DNA of 56,136 nucleotides from a virus (Duplodnaviria; Caudoviricetes): IMG/VR virus record IMGVR_UViG_3300042987_002630, positions 1 to 56,136 of that record; one strand, 5' to 3'. Shown piece by piece: positions 38,450 to 46,557 of this stretch (position 1 is its first letter; each line of letters starts with the position of its first letter). The notes under the pieces were generated by a model. It saw only the letters and a program-made list of their open reading frames with translations, ran no database searches and was not told where the DNA came from. The position numbers and the translations under genes were made by a program.

Positions 38450-40333
38450 TGCAACCAAGGTGGTGTGCGATCCGGCGCCGCCACAGCTTATTTCCCATTC
38501 TGGCATCTTGAATTTGATGATCTAATTGTGTTGAAAAACAACAAGGGCACAGAAGAAAATCGTGCCAGGCACATGGATTATGGTGTGCAATTCAACAAAC
38601 TAGCCTACGAACGGTTGCTGTCAGGTGGTAACATCACACTGTTCAGTCCCAGTGATGTGCCTGGCTTGTATGATGCTTTTTTTGCTGACCAAAACCTATT
38701 CCAAGAATTGTATGAGAAATATGAATCTGATTCCAAGATCCGCAAAAAAACTATCAGGGCAGTGGATTTGTTCACCACATTCATGAACGAACGCAAGAAC
38801 ACTGGCCGTGTGTATATAATGAATGTGGATCATGCCAACACACATGGTTCATATATAGAACATTTGGCTCCTATCAGACAGAGCAATCTGTGCCTCACAG
38901 GTGATTCACAACTTAACATTCAGCACACAGATGGTATTGAGAAGTCCATGGACTTGGCTAGCTTTGTGCAAGCCTGGAACTATGGTGACATGAATAATGT
39001 GAAGGTACGCAGCTACAACACAGAAACTGGAGAGTTTGTGTGGAGTCAAGTGAGTGCTGCTGCCTGGACTGCCACAGTAACTGAACTTGTGGAGATTGAG
39101 GATGACAAGGGCAACGTGATCCGTTGCACTCCTGATCATCAAATCTGGACCAAGAACAGGAGCTGGGTGATGGCCAAAGATTTGGCAGAAACTGATCTGG
39201 TATGTACTGACACAAATCTTACACAAGACAGATACGTGGGACTCAAATTTCACAAAATTCAAGTGGAACCAACTCGTGTGTATGATATCACTGTACCAGA
39301 AACTTCTGCATTTGTGGCCAACAATGTGGTGGTTCACAATTGTGCAGAAATATCTTTGCCCACTCTACCACTTCAAAGCATTGACGATGAAAGCCCTGCT
39401 GTGGCACTCTGTACTCTTGCAGCTATAAATTGGGGCAAGATACGTGAACCCAAGGATTTTGAAAAGCCTTGCCGGCTGGCAGTAAGAGCATTGGATGCAC
39501 TCTTGGACTATCAGGAATATCCAGTCAAGGCAGCAGAGGCACACACCAGGAAATTTCGCCCACTGGGAATAGGCATTATCTCTTTGGCGTACTGGATTGC
39601 CAAGATGGGTTTCAAATACAGTGACGACAGCGCACTTGCCTCCTTGGATGAATATGCTGAGGCCTGGAGTTATTATATGATAAGAGCCAGTGTAGATTTG
39701 GCCAAGGAACGCGGTGCACCTGAGGGGTCAAAATTAACCAAATACCATGAGGGTATTGTGCCCATTGACACACGCAAACGAGATACTGATGAACTGGTGG
39801 GCTATGCTGAAAGATTGCCCTGGGATAAATTGCGCGAAGATCTCCGAGCATATGGCATTCGCAACACAACACTGTTGGCTTGCATGCCCAGTGAGGCATC
39901 CAGCTTGATCAGCAATTCCACCAATGGTATCGAACCACCCCGTAGCTTGATTTCCGTCAAACAAAGCAAAGATGGCGTGATGAAACAAGTGGTTCCAGAA
40001 TATCGCCGACTGAAAAACCGTTATGAACTGCTTTGGGATCAAAAAAGTCCTGAAGGATATCTCAAGATTGTGGCAGTTCTACAGCGTTGGATGGATCAAA
40101 CCATCAGTGCCAACACCAGTTACAATCCCAATTTCTATCCTGATGGACAGTTGCCCATGAGTGAAATGCTACGTCATATGCTGCTGATGTACAAATGGGG
40201 TATAAAAACCGCGTACTATTTCAACGTATTGGATGGGCAAGAAGAATTGAATGTTGACAAGCTGATGCTGGAACAAAATTCAGATCTCCTAGACAAAACA
40301 GATCCAGCAGAATGCGAAGCTTGCACCATTTGA
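38057..40333 (+). CDS. nrdA: NrdA C-terminal part carrying the IntC and a second, contiguous mini-intein
   Basis: CNQGGVRSGAAT, LKNNKG, QSNL^CAEI, ALCTL, MPSEASS, GIKTAYY, C-terminal CEACTI. Confidence 0.93.
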   Translation: MKTKRIQLKDLKPGMRIKSFDGNNHVFQKVVDVWQTIVDPQDRLILTFTNGTKLKCSARHPIMVLEDDQLIQVMPKELTQFHEIVTDTGTCYLESLESDSSDVRYLDLEVENTNTFFASAEKADPLILTHNCNQGGVRSGAATAYFPFWHLEFDDLIVLKNNKGTEENRARHMDYGVQFNKLAYERLLSGGNITLFSPSDVPGLYDAFFADQNLFQELYEKYESDSKIRKKTIRAVDLFTTFMNERKNTGRVYIMNVDHANTHGSYIEHLAPIRQSNLCLTGDSQLNIQHTDGIEKSMDLASFVQAWNYGDMNNVKVRSYNTETGEFVWSQVSAAAWTATVTELVEIEDDKGNVIRCTPDHQIWTKNRSWVMAKDLAETDLVCTDTNLTQDRYVGLKFHKIQVEPTRVYDITVPETSAFVANNVVVHNCAEISLPTLPLQSIDDESPAVALCTLAAINWGKIREPKDFEKPCRLAVRALDALLDYQEYPVKAAEAHTRKFRPLGIGIISLAYWIAKMGFKYSDDSALASLDEYAEAWSYYMIRASVDLAKERGAPEGSKLTKYHEGIVPIDTRKRDTDELVGYAERLPWDKLREDLRAYGIRNTTLLACMPSEASSLISNSTNGIEPPRSLISVKQSKDGVMKQVVPEYRRLKNRYELLWDQKSPEGYLKIVAVLQRWMDQTISANTSYNPNFYPDGQLPMSEMLRHMLLMYKWGIKTAYYFNVLDGQEELNVDKLMLEQNSDLLDKTDPAECEACTI
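38891..39340 (+). mobile_element. Contiguous 150-aa mini-intein (no endonuclease) at the NrdA active-site NLCxE loop
   Basis: CLTGDS...CTPDHQI...VYDITVPETSAFVANNVVVHN then C+1 AEI. Confidence 0.92.
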
Positions 40334-40405
40334 ATGTAGGCACATGATTGAGTTGATCAACAATATCCTTTAAACTAGCTGGCAGATATAGGAAACCCAC
40401 CCAAG

Positions 40406-41539
40406 ATGACTTTTCAAACACTAGCAAGTGATGTTCAAAAAGATCATGTGAAAAATCTGGCATTTTTGGATGACAGTGGTACCACCACAGTTGCCCGCTA
40501 TGACCGTATCAAATATCGTGTGTTTGATCGTTTGACTGAAGAGCAGCTGAGCTTCTTTTGGCGTCCCAGCGAGATTGATCTAGGCAAAGACAGCAAGGAC
40601 TTTCGATCGTTGACAGCGCACGAGCAACACATATTTACCAGCAACCTCAAAAGGCAGATTGTGTTGGATAGCGTGCAAGGCCGTGCGCCCAATACTGCCT
40701 TTCTCACACTCACATCGTTACCTGAGCTGGAAATTTGGTTGCAGACTTGGGCCTTCAGTGAGACTATTCATTCCAAAAGCTACACACATATCCTTCGCAA
40801 TGTCTACAGTGATCCCAGCAAAGTATTGGACGAGCTCATGGATGTTGAGGAGATTGTGGATTGTGCAAGGGACATCACCAAACACTATGATGATCTCATC
40901 AATTATACCATGCAGTATCATGTGTTGGGAGAAGGCAGTCACAATGTGAACGGCAACATTCTCACAATCAGCAAGCGTGAACTCAAAAAGCGTATCTGGA
41001 TGGCACTCAACAGTGTGAATGCTTTAGAGGGGGTGAGGTTCTATGTGAGTTTTGCCTGTTCATTTGCCTTTGCTGAACTCAAGAAGATGGAAGGTAATGC
41101 CAAGATCATCAAGCTTATATGTCGTGATGAGAATCTGCATTTGGGCAGCACACAAACCTTGATCAAACTGTTGCCCAAGGATGATCCTGAATTTGCAGAA
41201 ATAAGAGATCAAAATATTGCCCAATGTCAACAATTATTTGAATCAGCAGTCAGCCAGGAAAAATCCTGGGCAGGTTACCTGTTCAAGGATGGAAGTATGA
41301 TTGGTCTCAATGCTGCACTATTGCAAGACTATATTGAATATATCGCCGGAGTGCGCATGGAAAGTATAGGGCTCAAAAACCCTTATGGAAGGAAACCCAA
41401 TCCTCTTCCCTGGACACAAAAATGGATCAGTGGCAAAGAGGTGCAAGTGGCTCCTCAGCAAACGCAAATTTCCAGCTACAGAATTGGTGATGCCAAGATG
41501 GACGTAAATGACACAACATTCAAGGGTCTCACACTCTAA
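40406..41539 (+). CDS. nrdB: Class Ia ribonucleotide reductase beta subunit
   Basis: FFWRPSEI, LDSVQGR, ETIHSKSY, LEGVRFYVSF, RDENLH, VQVAPQ. Confidence 0.96.
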   Translation: MTFQTLASDVQKDHVKNLAFLDDSGTTTVARYDRIKYRVFDRLTEEQLSFFWRPSEIDLGKDSKDFRSLTAHEQHIFTSNLKRQIVLDSVQGRAPNTAFLTLTSLPELEIWLQTWAFSETIHSKSYTHILRNVYSDPSKVLDELMDVEEIVDCARDITKHYDDLINYTMQYHVLGEGSHNVNGNILTISKRELKKRIWMALNSVNALEGVRFYVSFACSFAFAELKKMEGNAKIIKLICRDENLHLGSTQTLIKLLPKDDPEFAEIRDQNIAQCQQLFESAVSQEKSWAGYLFKDGSMIGLNAALLQDYIEYIAGVRMESIGLKNPYGRKPNPLPWTQKWISGKEVQVAPQQTQISSYRIGDAKMDVNDTTFKGLTL

Positions 41540-41551
41540 TCTGCAATTGCC

Positions 41552-41953
41552 ATGTCCTGGATACACAGCCAGCCTCAAACCCCAACCCAAATGAACTTGA
41601 GAATACCTTCACTGTCCAAAAACGTGGTGCAATTGTGTAAAACTTTGCACTGCTCGTGGGTAGGCTGGGTCCCCGTTATTACGCAACCTCACTGCCGTGT
41701 GTGGGATTGTCATAACAACAGTTTGTATTATACCTCCTGGTATGGAGGACTGAGAGTAATCGGTTATTATTTACTGGAATGTGTGGATTCAGGAAGAATT
41801 GTAGCAATACTTCATAGTATTGTTCAAAAAGAAAATCAAAAAATGATAGATATAACACCTTTTGATGATAACCGCACTTATAATCTTTTTGCTGTGCTTA
41901 AAAATCAAACGCCTGATTATTCTCGGCAAGAGATTTGGTGGCCCCACAAATGA
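41552..41953 (+). CDS. Hypothetical protein
   Basis: CHNN...GYYL...LHSIV...IDITPF pattern. Confidence 0.55.
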   Translation: MSWIHSQPQTPTQMNLRIPSLSKNVVQLCKTLHCSWVGWVPVITQPHCRVWDCHNNSLYYTSWYGGLRVIGYYLLECVDSGRIVAILHSIVQKENQKMIDITPFDDNRTYNLFAVLKNQTPDYSRQEIWWPHK

Positions 41954-42063
41954 ATATCCACGCTAATCCCAAGAGTTTTTTTCTACAATAATTGGCTGAT
42001 GCCTTTGGAACACAGCCCCCTTGGGTTGTTTGATACACTTATTTTTTTTTTGAGGAGATAATT

Positions 42064-42369
42064 ATGCAAGCTGAAATTTATACCAAGGACATGTGTCCCT
42101 ATTGTGTGAAGGCCAAGGAACTTTTACGTGAGCTCAATATTGATTATGTGGAATACAAAATTAGTGCGGGTTTGGATGAATCCACACTGGAAAAAAATCA
42201 ATTTTATGTTACCAAAGCGGATCTTTTGGAAAAACTACCCACTGCTCGTACTGTTCCCCAAATTTGGATTGATGGCGAACATGTGGGTGGTTTTGACAAC
42301 TTGTGTGCTATGCATGCAAGTGGCCAATTGGACAAATTGATGGACAAGATCAGCTTGCCTATTAAATAG
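42064..42369 (+). CDS. Glutaredoxin
   Basis: CPYC, RTVPQIWIDGEHVGGF; SD GAGGAG. Confidence 0.93.
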   Translation: MQAEIYTKDMCPYCVKAKELLRELNIDYVEYKISAGLDESTLEKNQFYVTKADLLEKLPTARTVPQIWIDGEHVGGFDNLCAMHASGQLDKLMDKISLPIK

Positions 42370-42373
42370 GCTT

Positions 42374-43204
42374 ATGCGATTACAATATCTTCAAGAAGCC
42401 ATACGTTTCAGCCCAGCTGACTATCCAAGTATCATGCATGATCCTCTGTTGAGAGTGGGTTATGAAATAGAATTCATAGGCATCAAAGATCATTACTCTG
42501 TAATGTTGGACAAGCTGGCGCAAGATCTCAATCTGTCAGTAAAATGGAATCCAAGCACCAAGCAAGTTACTGGTGGGATGTGGGGCCTGGTGTACGATCA
42601 AAGCATAGAACCTGATTATCCTTTCCGGGAGCAGGGCTGGGAGTTGATCAGTCCACCTTTGCCTGTGGAGCAGGCTTTGATTCATCTCAAGGATATCTTT
42701 GGATGGATAGAAGCAAACAAATATTATACTAATAATACATGCGGGTTTCATGTGAATGTCAGCTATGGCAACAAAACACAGAAAGCTGATAGCCTCAAAT
42801 TGATCCTGCTGTTGGGAGAACAATACTTGGCTGATTTGTTCCAGAGGGCAACAAATGAATTCGCAGCCAGCCATATTCAAGAACTCAAGGCAAAAATTCT
42901 CAAAAATCCCCAAATAGTTGTATCAGCAGATACTGATATAAACCAACTGAAAAAAGTTTTGAGGAAAATGCTCAGCCAAGAGAAAAAACGAACCGTCAAT
43001 TTGGGTAAACTGGCCGAAAAAGGTTATCTGGAATTCAGGATAGCTGGAGGCGCCAAATACCATACACAGTATCAAAGAATCCTTGATGTAATTTTGCGTT
43101 ATGCGTTTGTGCTCAAAGCTAGTTTGGATCCCAATAGTTTCAAGAGAGAGTATGCACAAGAGCTGGCTAGGTTGATCATGCAAGCAAGATCAACCAAGGA
43201 GTGA
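42374..43204 (+). CDS. Putative phage amidoligase (COOH-NH2 ligase type 2)
   Basis: GYEIEF, DQSI, WELISPPL, TNNTCGFHVNVS, YLEFRIAGG. Confidence 0.8.
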   Translation: MRLQYLQEAIRFSPADYPSIMHDPLLRVGYEIEFIGIKDHYSVMLDKLAQDLNLSVKWNPSTKQVTGGMWGLVYDQSIEPDYPFREQGWELISPPLPVEQALIHLKDIFGWIEANKYYTNNTCGFHVNVSYGNKTQKADSLKLILLLGEQYLADLFQRATNEFAASHIQELKAKILKNPQIVVSADTDINQLKKVLRKMLSQEKKRTVNLGKLAEKGYLEFRIAGGAKYHTQYQRILDVILRYAFVLKASLDPNSFKREYAQELARLIMQARSTKE

Positions 43205-43208
43205 TAAC

Positions 43209-44435
43209 ATGACAATCACACCAGAACAGAGACAAAGATTGCAATTGGAAAAGGATGCACTCCTACAAGAAGCTGCTAGCATTAGGTCCCAAGCCCAAGA
43301 GCTCAAATCACAAGGAAGTTCAGCTACCACAGCTGAACAAATGGAGGACATTAACAGCAGGCAAGAATCACTTGTTGCCCGTGTCAAACAAATCAGCTCA
43401 AGGCTCAACGAAATCAATCAACAACTTGCGCAAGAAACATTCCCACCAGCACAAGGTGCACAATTTACTGTAACCAATTACGTGACTTTGCAGGTGTTGG
43501 AAACCAACAACAGCCCCAATTACGGAGACCCCAACAAGGCATTGCAATCGCAAGTGAACGCAGCATATAATACTCCCAGTGTTCAAGCTTCAGGTATTAC
43601 AACTCCCACAGTAAGCACTATTGCCAATCCTGCGGCTGATTTGATGGCTGCTGCCAGATCCAGTTCGCAGATAAGTGCTGAGCAGCTTCTGCAGCTGAAT
43701 GCCAGCTTGGGGTCTCTGTCACAAGTGGGTCAAGTCCCCACCTTGCTCACCAACATGAGCAGTCATGCTCAAAATGTGTTGGACCAACCCACTAGAGTTT
43801 TTGATGCAATCAATTTGACCTTTCAGCCTGACCAAGCTGGCACAGTGGGCAGGTGCCAGACCCTGGGAGGGTTTATTGGCAGCATTCAAGGAGCATTTAA
43901 TGGCACTTTGGGCGCAATCACAGCTGGATTGAACAATATTACCAGCGCACTAGTAGCCGTGCCACAAGCTATTCTTGCAGGATTTACAACTGCCACAAGT
44001 GCTGCCATTGCGGCAATCACCAGTGGTGTTCAACAAGTGATCAACACAACCATCCAAGCAGTTACGCAAGTAACCAGCGGATTGTTCAATGCATTGGGTA
44101 GTGCAGTGACCAGTCTTGTGGATACTGTGGGGCAAGCTGTGGGTACTGTAGCTCAAGCTATCAATTTGGAAATTAAAAATGTAAGCGATGCTCTCAACAG
44201 CATGTTGCAAAATGCCTTTCGACTGGTGGTGCCAAACACAACACCATGTGTGGGCAATATTTTTGCAGCAAGCAATCCCGCCAGCAGCAATTGGACTTTT
44301 CTCACCCCCAGCGGACAGGGTATGAGCATGAGTAACACTGTCAATTATGACAATTTGACTGATTTGCAAAAACAATTGAGAGCAGACACAGCCAAAGCCA
44401 GTGCAAGCATTCAACAATTCAATAGTTTGTTTTGA
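43209..44435 (+). CDS. Hypothetical protein with N-terminal coiled coil and Ala/Thr/Gln-rich amphipathic region
   Basis: 408-aa ORF with SD AAGGAG. Confidence 0.6.
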   Translation: MTITPEQRQRLQLEKDALLQEAASIRSQAQELKSQGSSATTAEQMEDINSRQESLVARVKQISSRLNEINQQLAQETFPPAQGAQFTVTNYVTLQVLETNNSPNYGDPNKALQSQVNAAYNTPSVQASGITTPTVSTIANPAADLMAAARSSSQISAEQLLQLNASLGSLSQVGQVPTLLTNMSSHAQNVLDQPTRVFDAINLTFQPDQAGTVGRCQTLGGFIGSIQGAFNGTLGAITAGLNNITSALVAVPQAILAGFTTATSAAIAAITSGVQQVINTTIQAVTQVTSGLFNALGSAVTSLVDTVGQAVGTVAQAINLEIKNVSDALNSMLQNAFRLVVPNTTPCVGNIFAASNPASSNWTFLTPSGQGMSMSNTVNYDNLTDLQKQLRADTAKASASIQQFNSLF

Positions 44436-44474
44436 CTTTTCATTTGACATCCTGATCACATTGTCATAAATTAT

Positions 44475-44845
44475 ATCAGTTGCTGTTTGTGTGTGACCAG
44501 TCACACACAAGAAAGTTAGACAAATAAGCTGGACAAGACGGGGTTTTCGAATACCCCCGGCTCCACCAGCAAACACGCGGGAAGCCCAATGTGTCTATAA
44601 ATCGGGCGTAATATGTGTGACACCAGTCCCGTGTGTTTGCTTGTGGGGCCGACAGGGATAGATTGACAGTAGTAAGGTCAAAACTAGGTAATCGGTAAGA
44701 TACGACCGCTCGTAAGAGATTTGTTCATCATTATAATGGCCAACGACAACGTTGCCCTTGCAGTGGCTGCCTAAACAGCATTGCAGCGTGTGGTTCACGT
44801 GGTAACAGAACGAACCCGGAAAGGGCGGCATTGCCGCCCTTTCTG
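44475..44845 (+). ncRNA. ssrA: Circularly permuted two-piece tmRNA (acceptor piece ends 44568, coding piece starts 44645); outer ends approximate
   Basis: T-arm GGGGT/ACCCC and CGGCTCCACCA come first, then a paired intervening segment, then GGGGCCGA (G3-U70 pair); tag ANDNVALAVAA* at 44739-44774. Confidence 0.92.
44819..44843. terminator. Terminator hairpin after tmRNA
   Basis: GAAAGGGCGGC-ATT-GCCGCCCTTTC. Confidence 0.8.
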
Positions 44846-44863
44846 TCAAAAATGTTTGCCATT

Positions 44864-45664
44864 TCAGTCCTTGGGTGGCAAGTGGTGTGGCAAATGTGGA
44901 TGATTGACCACAATGAATTCACTTTGAAGCGCTCGGTCAGTTATCCAAATAATATCGTGCACGCTCACGCTTTTTGTTCTTATCTGCTTGAGTTTCAATT
45001 TCACTTTGTCCAACAAGTTTTGGCGGTCTTGTTGCATGCTGAGAAATTCTTGCTCTAGATCGTCTCCATCTGTTATATGACTACCATGAGCATCATAAAT
45101 GTCATAATAATATTCATCCACTTGTGGATCATGTGTGGGTGTCTGTGTGCGCACATAGGTGCGTGATTGAAATTTCACCAGTCCTTGGGATTGATATTCA
45201 TCAACAGCTTGAGCTATAGCTTGATCACTTATGGGTTTCAAATTAAGCAGTCTTGTATCTACACCAAGCATTTGTGCAGCCACATACCAATCACTAGTGA
45301 AACTGAGAGTGTTACGGGGTGATTCGCCTACTTCCAGAGGTGGTTGAGCTCTAAACAATAAAATGTGACTGCCATGAGTTCGCTCTAAAATTTCTCTTAT
45401 GGGTGCAAAAGCTCTTGTCAACTGTTGTCTGATTTTTTGGCCCTTGGGGCTGGGATTCAAACTGTAAGCATCTTCCAATTGCCTGCTTTGCATGATACCA
45501 AAGTCTACCCCTGCTTGTGCTGCTCCAGGGAGCATGCCCACAAATAGATTGATTGCCTGAGCGGCAGGATCCTTCAGCTGATGATCGGCTTGCAGAACCT
45601 GTTGAGCAATCCCCAGTTGTTTTAAATTAGCACCCCCAGGGGCTTTCAGATCTTGAATTTTCAT
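44864..45664 (-). CDS. Hypothetical protein (start MKIQDLK at 45664)
   Basis: TAAATA 5 nt before the ATG; LFRAQ...LSFTSDWYVA...EFIV faintly resembles the R-S-E pattern of ADP-ribosyltransferases (weak). Confidence 0.6.
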   Translation of the reverse strand: MKIQDLKAPGGANLKQLGIAQQVLQADHQLKDPAAQAINLFVGMLPGAAQAGVDFGIMQSRQLEDAYSLNPSPKGQKIRQQLTRAFAPIREILERTHGSHILLFRAQPPLEVGESPRNTLSFTSDWYVAAQMLGVDTRLLNLKPISDQAIAQAVDEYQSQGLVKFQSRTYVRTQTPTHDPQVDEYYYDIYDAHGSHITDGDDLEQEFLSMQQDRQNLLDKVKLKLKQIRTKSVSVHDIIWITDRALQSEFIVVNHPHLPHHLPPKD

Positions 45665-45735
45665 ATTAATATTTAGGTTTGGTTGATTTGTCAACTGAAA
45701 ACTGTTAGAATCATGTGTTGATTAGGAGGTCTCGC

Positions 45736-46449
45736 ATGTTGGATAATAGTTCAGTTGTGTATGTGACAGCTCACAACAATCCACAGGTGATGGATGGTTT
45801 GAGATTGTTCATGCGTTCAGTTTACAATCAGATGGTTGCTGCCTTGGCTATAAGTGGAGTCAGTGCTTGGTTGACCATGATAATCCTGGGCCCTTGGCTC
45901 AGTGGGTGGTTTGCCTTGCTTTTGGCTTTGGTTCCATTGCCATTTGTGTTTGTTCTCAGTTATGGCATATATAATTTTCAATACAATACAGCCAAACTTT
46001 TGTTTGTACTTTTTGCCATCAGCATGGGAATGAGCATGAGTTTGTTGTTCCTGATGTTTACAGCAGAAAGCATTGTTGTGGTATTTTTTATCACTGCTGC
46101 CACGTTTGCAAGTGCCAGTATTGTGGGATACACCACAAAACGTGATCTCAGCGGCTGGGGAAATTTTCTCATCATGGGGTTGGTGGGAATTTTGATTGCC
46201 AGCATTGTTAACATTTGGTTGATGAGCAGCATGCTGAGTTTTGTAGTCAGTGTGTTGGCAGTGTTGATTTTTACTGCACTCACTGCATGGGACACACAAA
46301 ACCTCAAAAACGATTATTTGACCAATGGAGATGTGTTGGGTTATGACAGCCCTGAACGCAGTGCCTTGTATGGCGCACTCAGCTTGTATCTCAATTTTGT
46401 GAACATTTTCCAGGCGTTGTTGAGTCTACTGGGGGATAGAGACGATTGA
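45736..46449 (+). CDS. Bax inhibitor-1/YccA family membrane protein
   Basis: DGLRLFMRSVYNQM, GYTTKRDLS, TAWDTQNLK, GALSLYLNFVNIF; about 7 TM helices; SD AGGAGG. Confidence 0.9.
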   Translation: MLDNSSVVYVTAHNNPQVMDGLRLFMRSVYNQMVAALAISGVSAWLTMIILGPWLSGWFALLLALVPLPFVFVLSYGIYNFQYNTAKLLFVLFAISMGMSMSLLFLMFTAESIVVVFFITAATFASASIVGYTTKRDLSGWGNFLIMGLVGILIASIVNIWLMSSMLSFVVSVLAVLIFTALTAWDTQNLKNDYLTNGDVLGYDSPERSALYGALSLYLNFVNIFQALLSLLGDRDD

Positions 46450-46474
46450 ATTTTGAACACGTGAACCACCACCC

Positions 46475-46499
46475 AGGGCGGACTGTGTCCGCCCTTTTG
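46475..46499 (+). terminator. Intrinsic terminator
   Basis: AGGGCGGAC-TGT-GTCCGCCCTTTT. Confidence 0.75.
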
Positions 46500-46557
46500 C
46501 TGTTGACGCACACAACAAACTCTCCTACACTCTTAACATCAATTACAAGAATATCAC

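Noticed and set aside
44535-44568. Stand-alone tRNA-Ala
   Set aside because: No anticodon arm; it is the acceptor piece of the permuted tmRNA.
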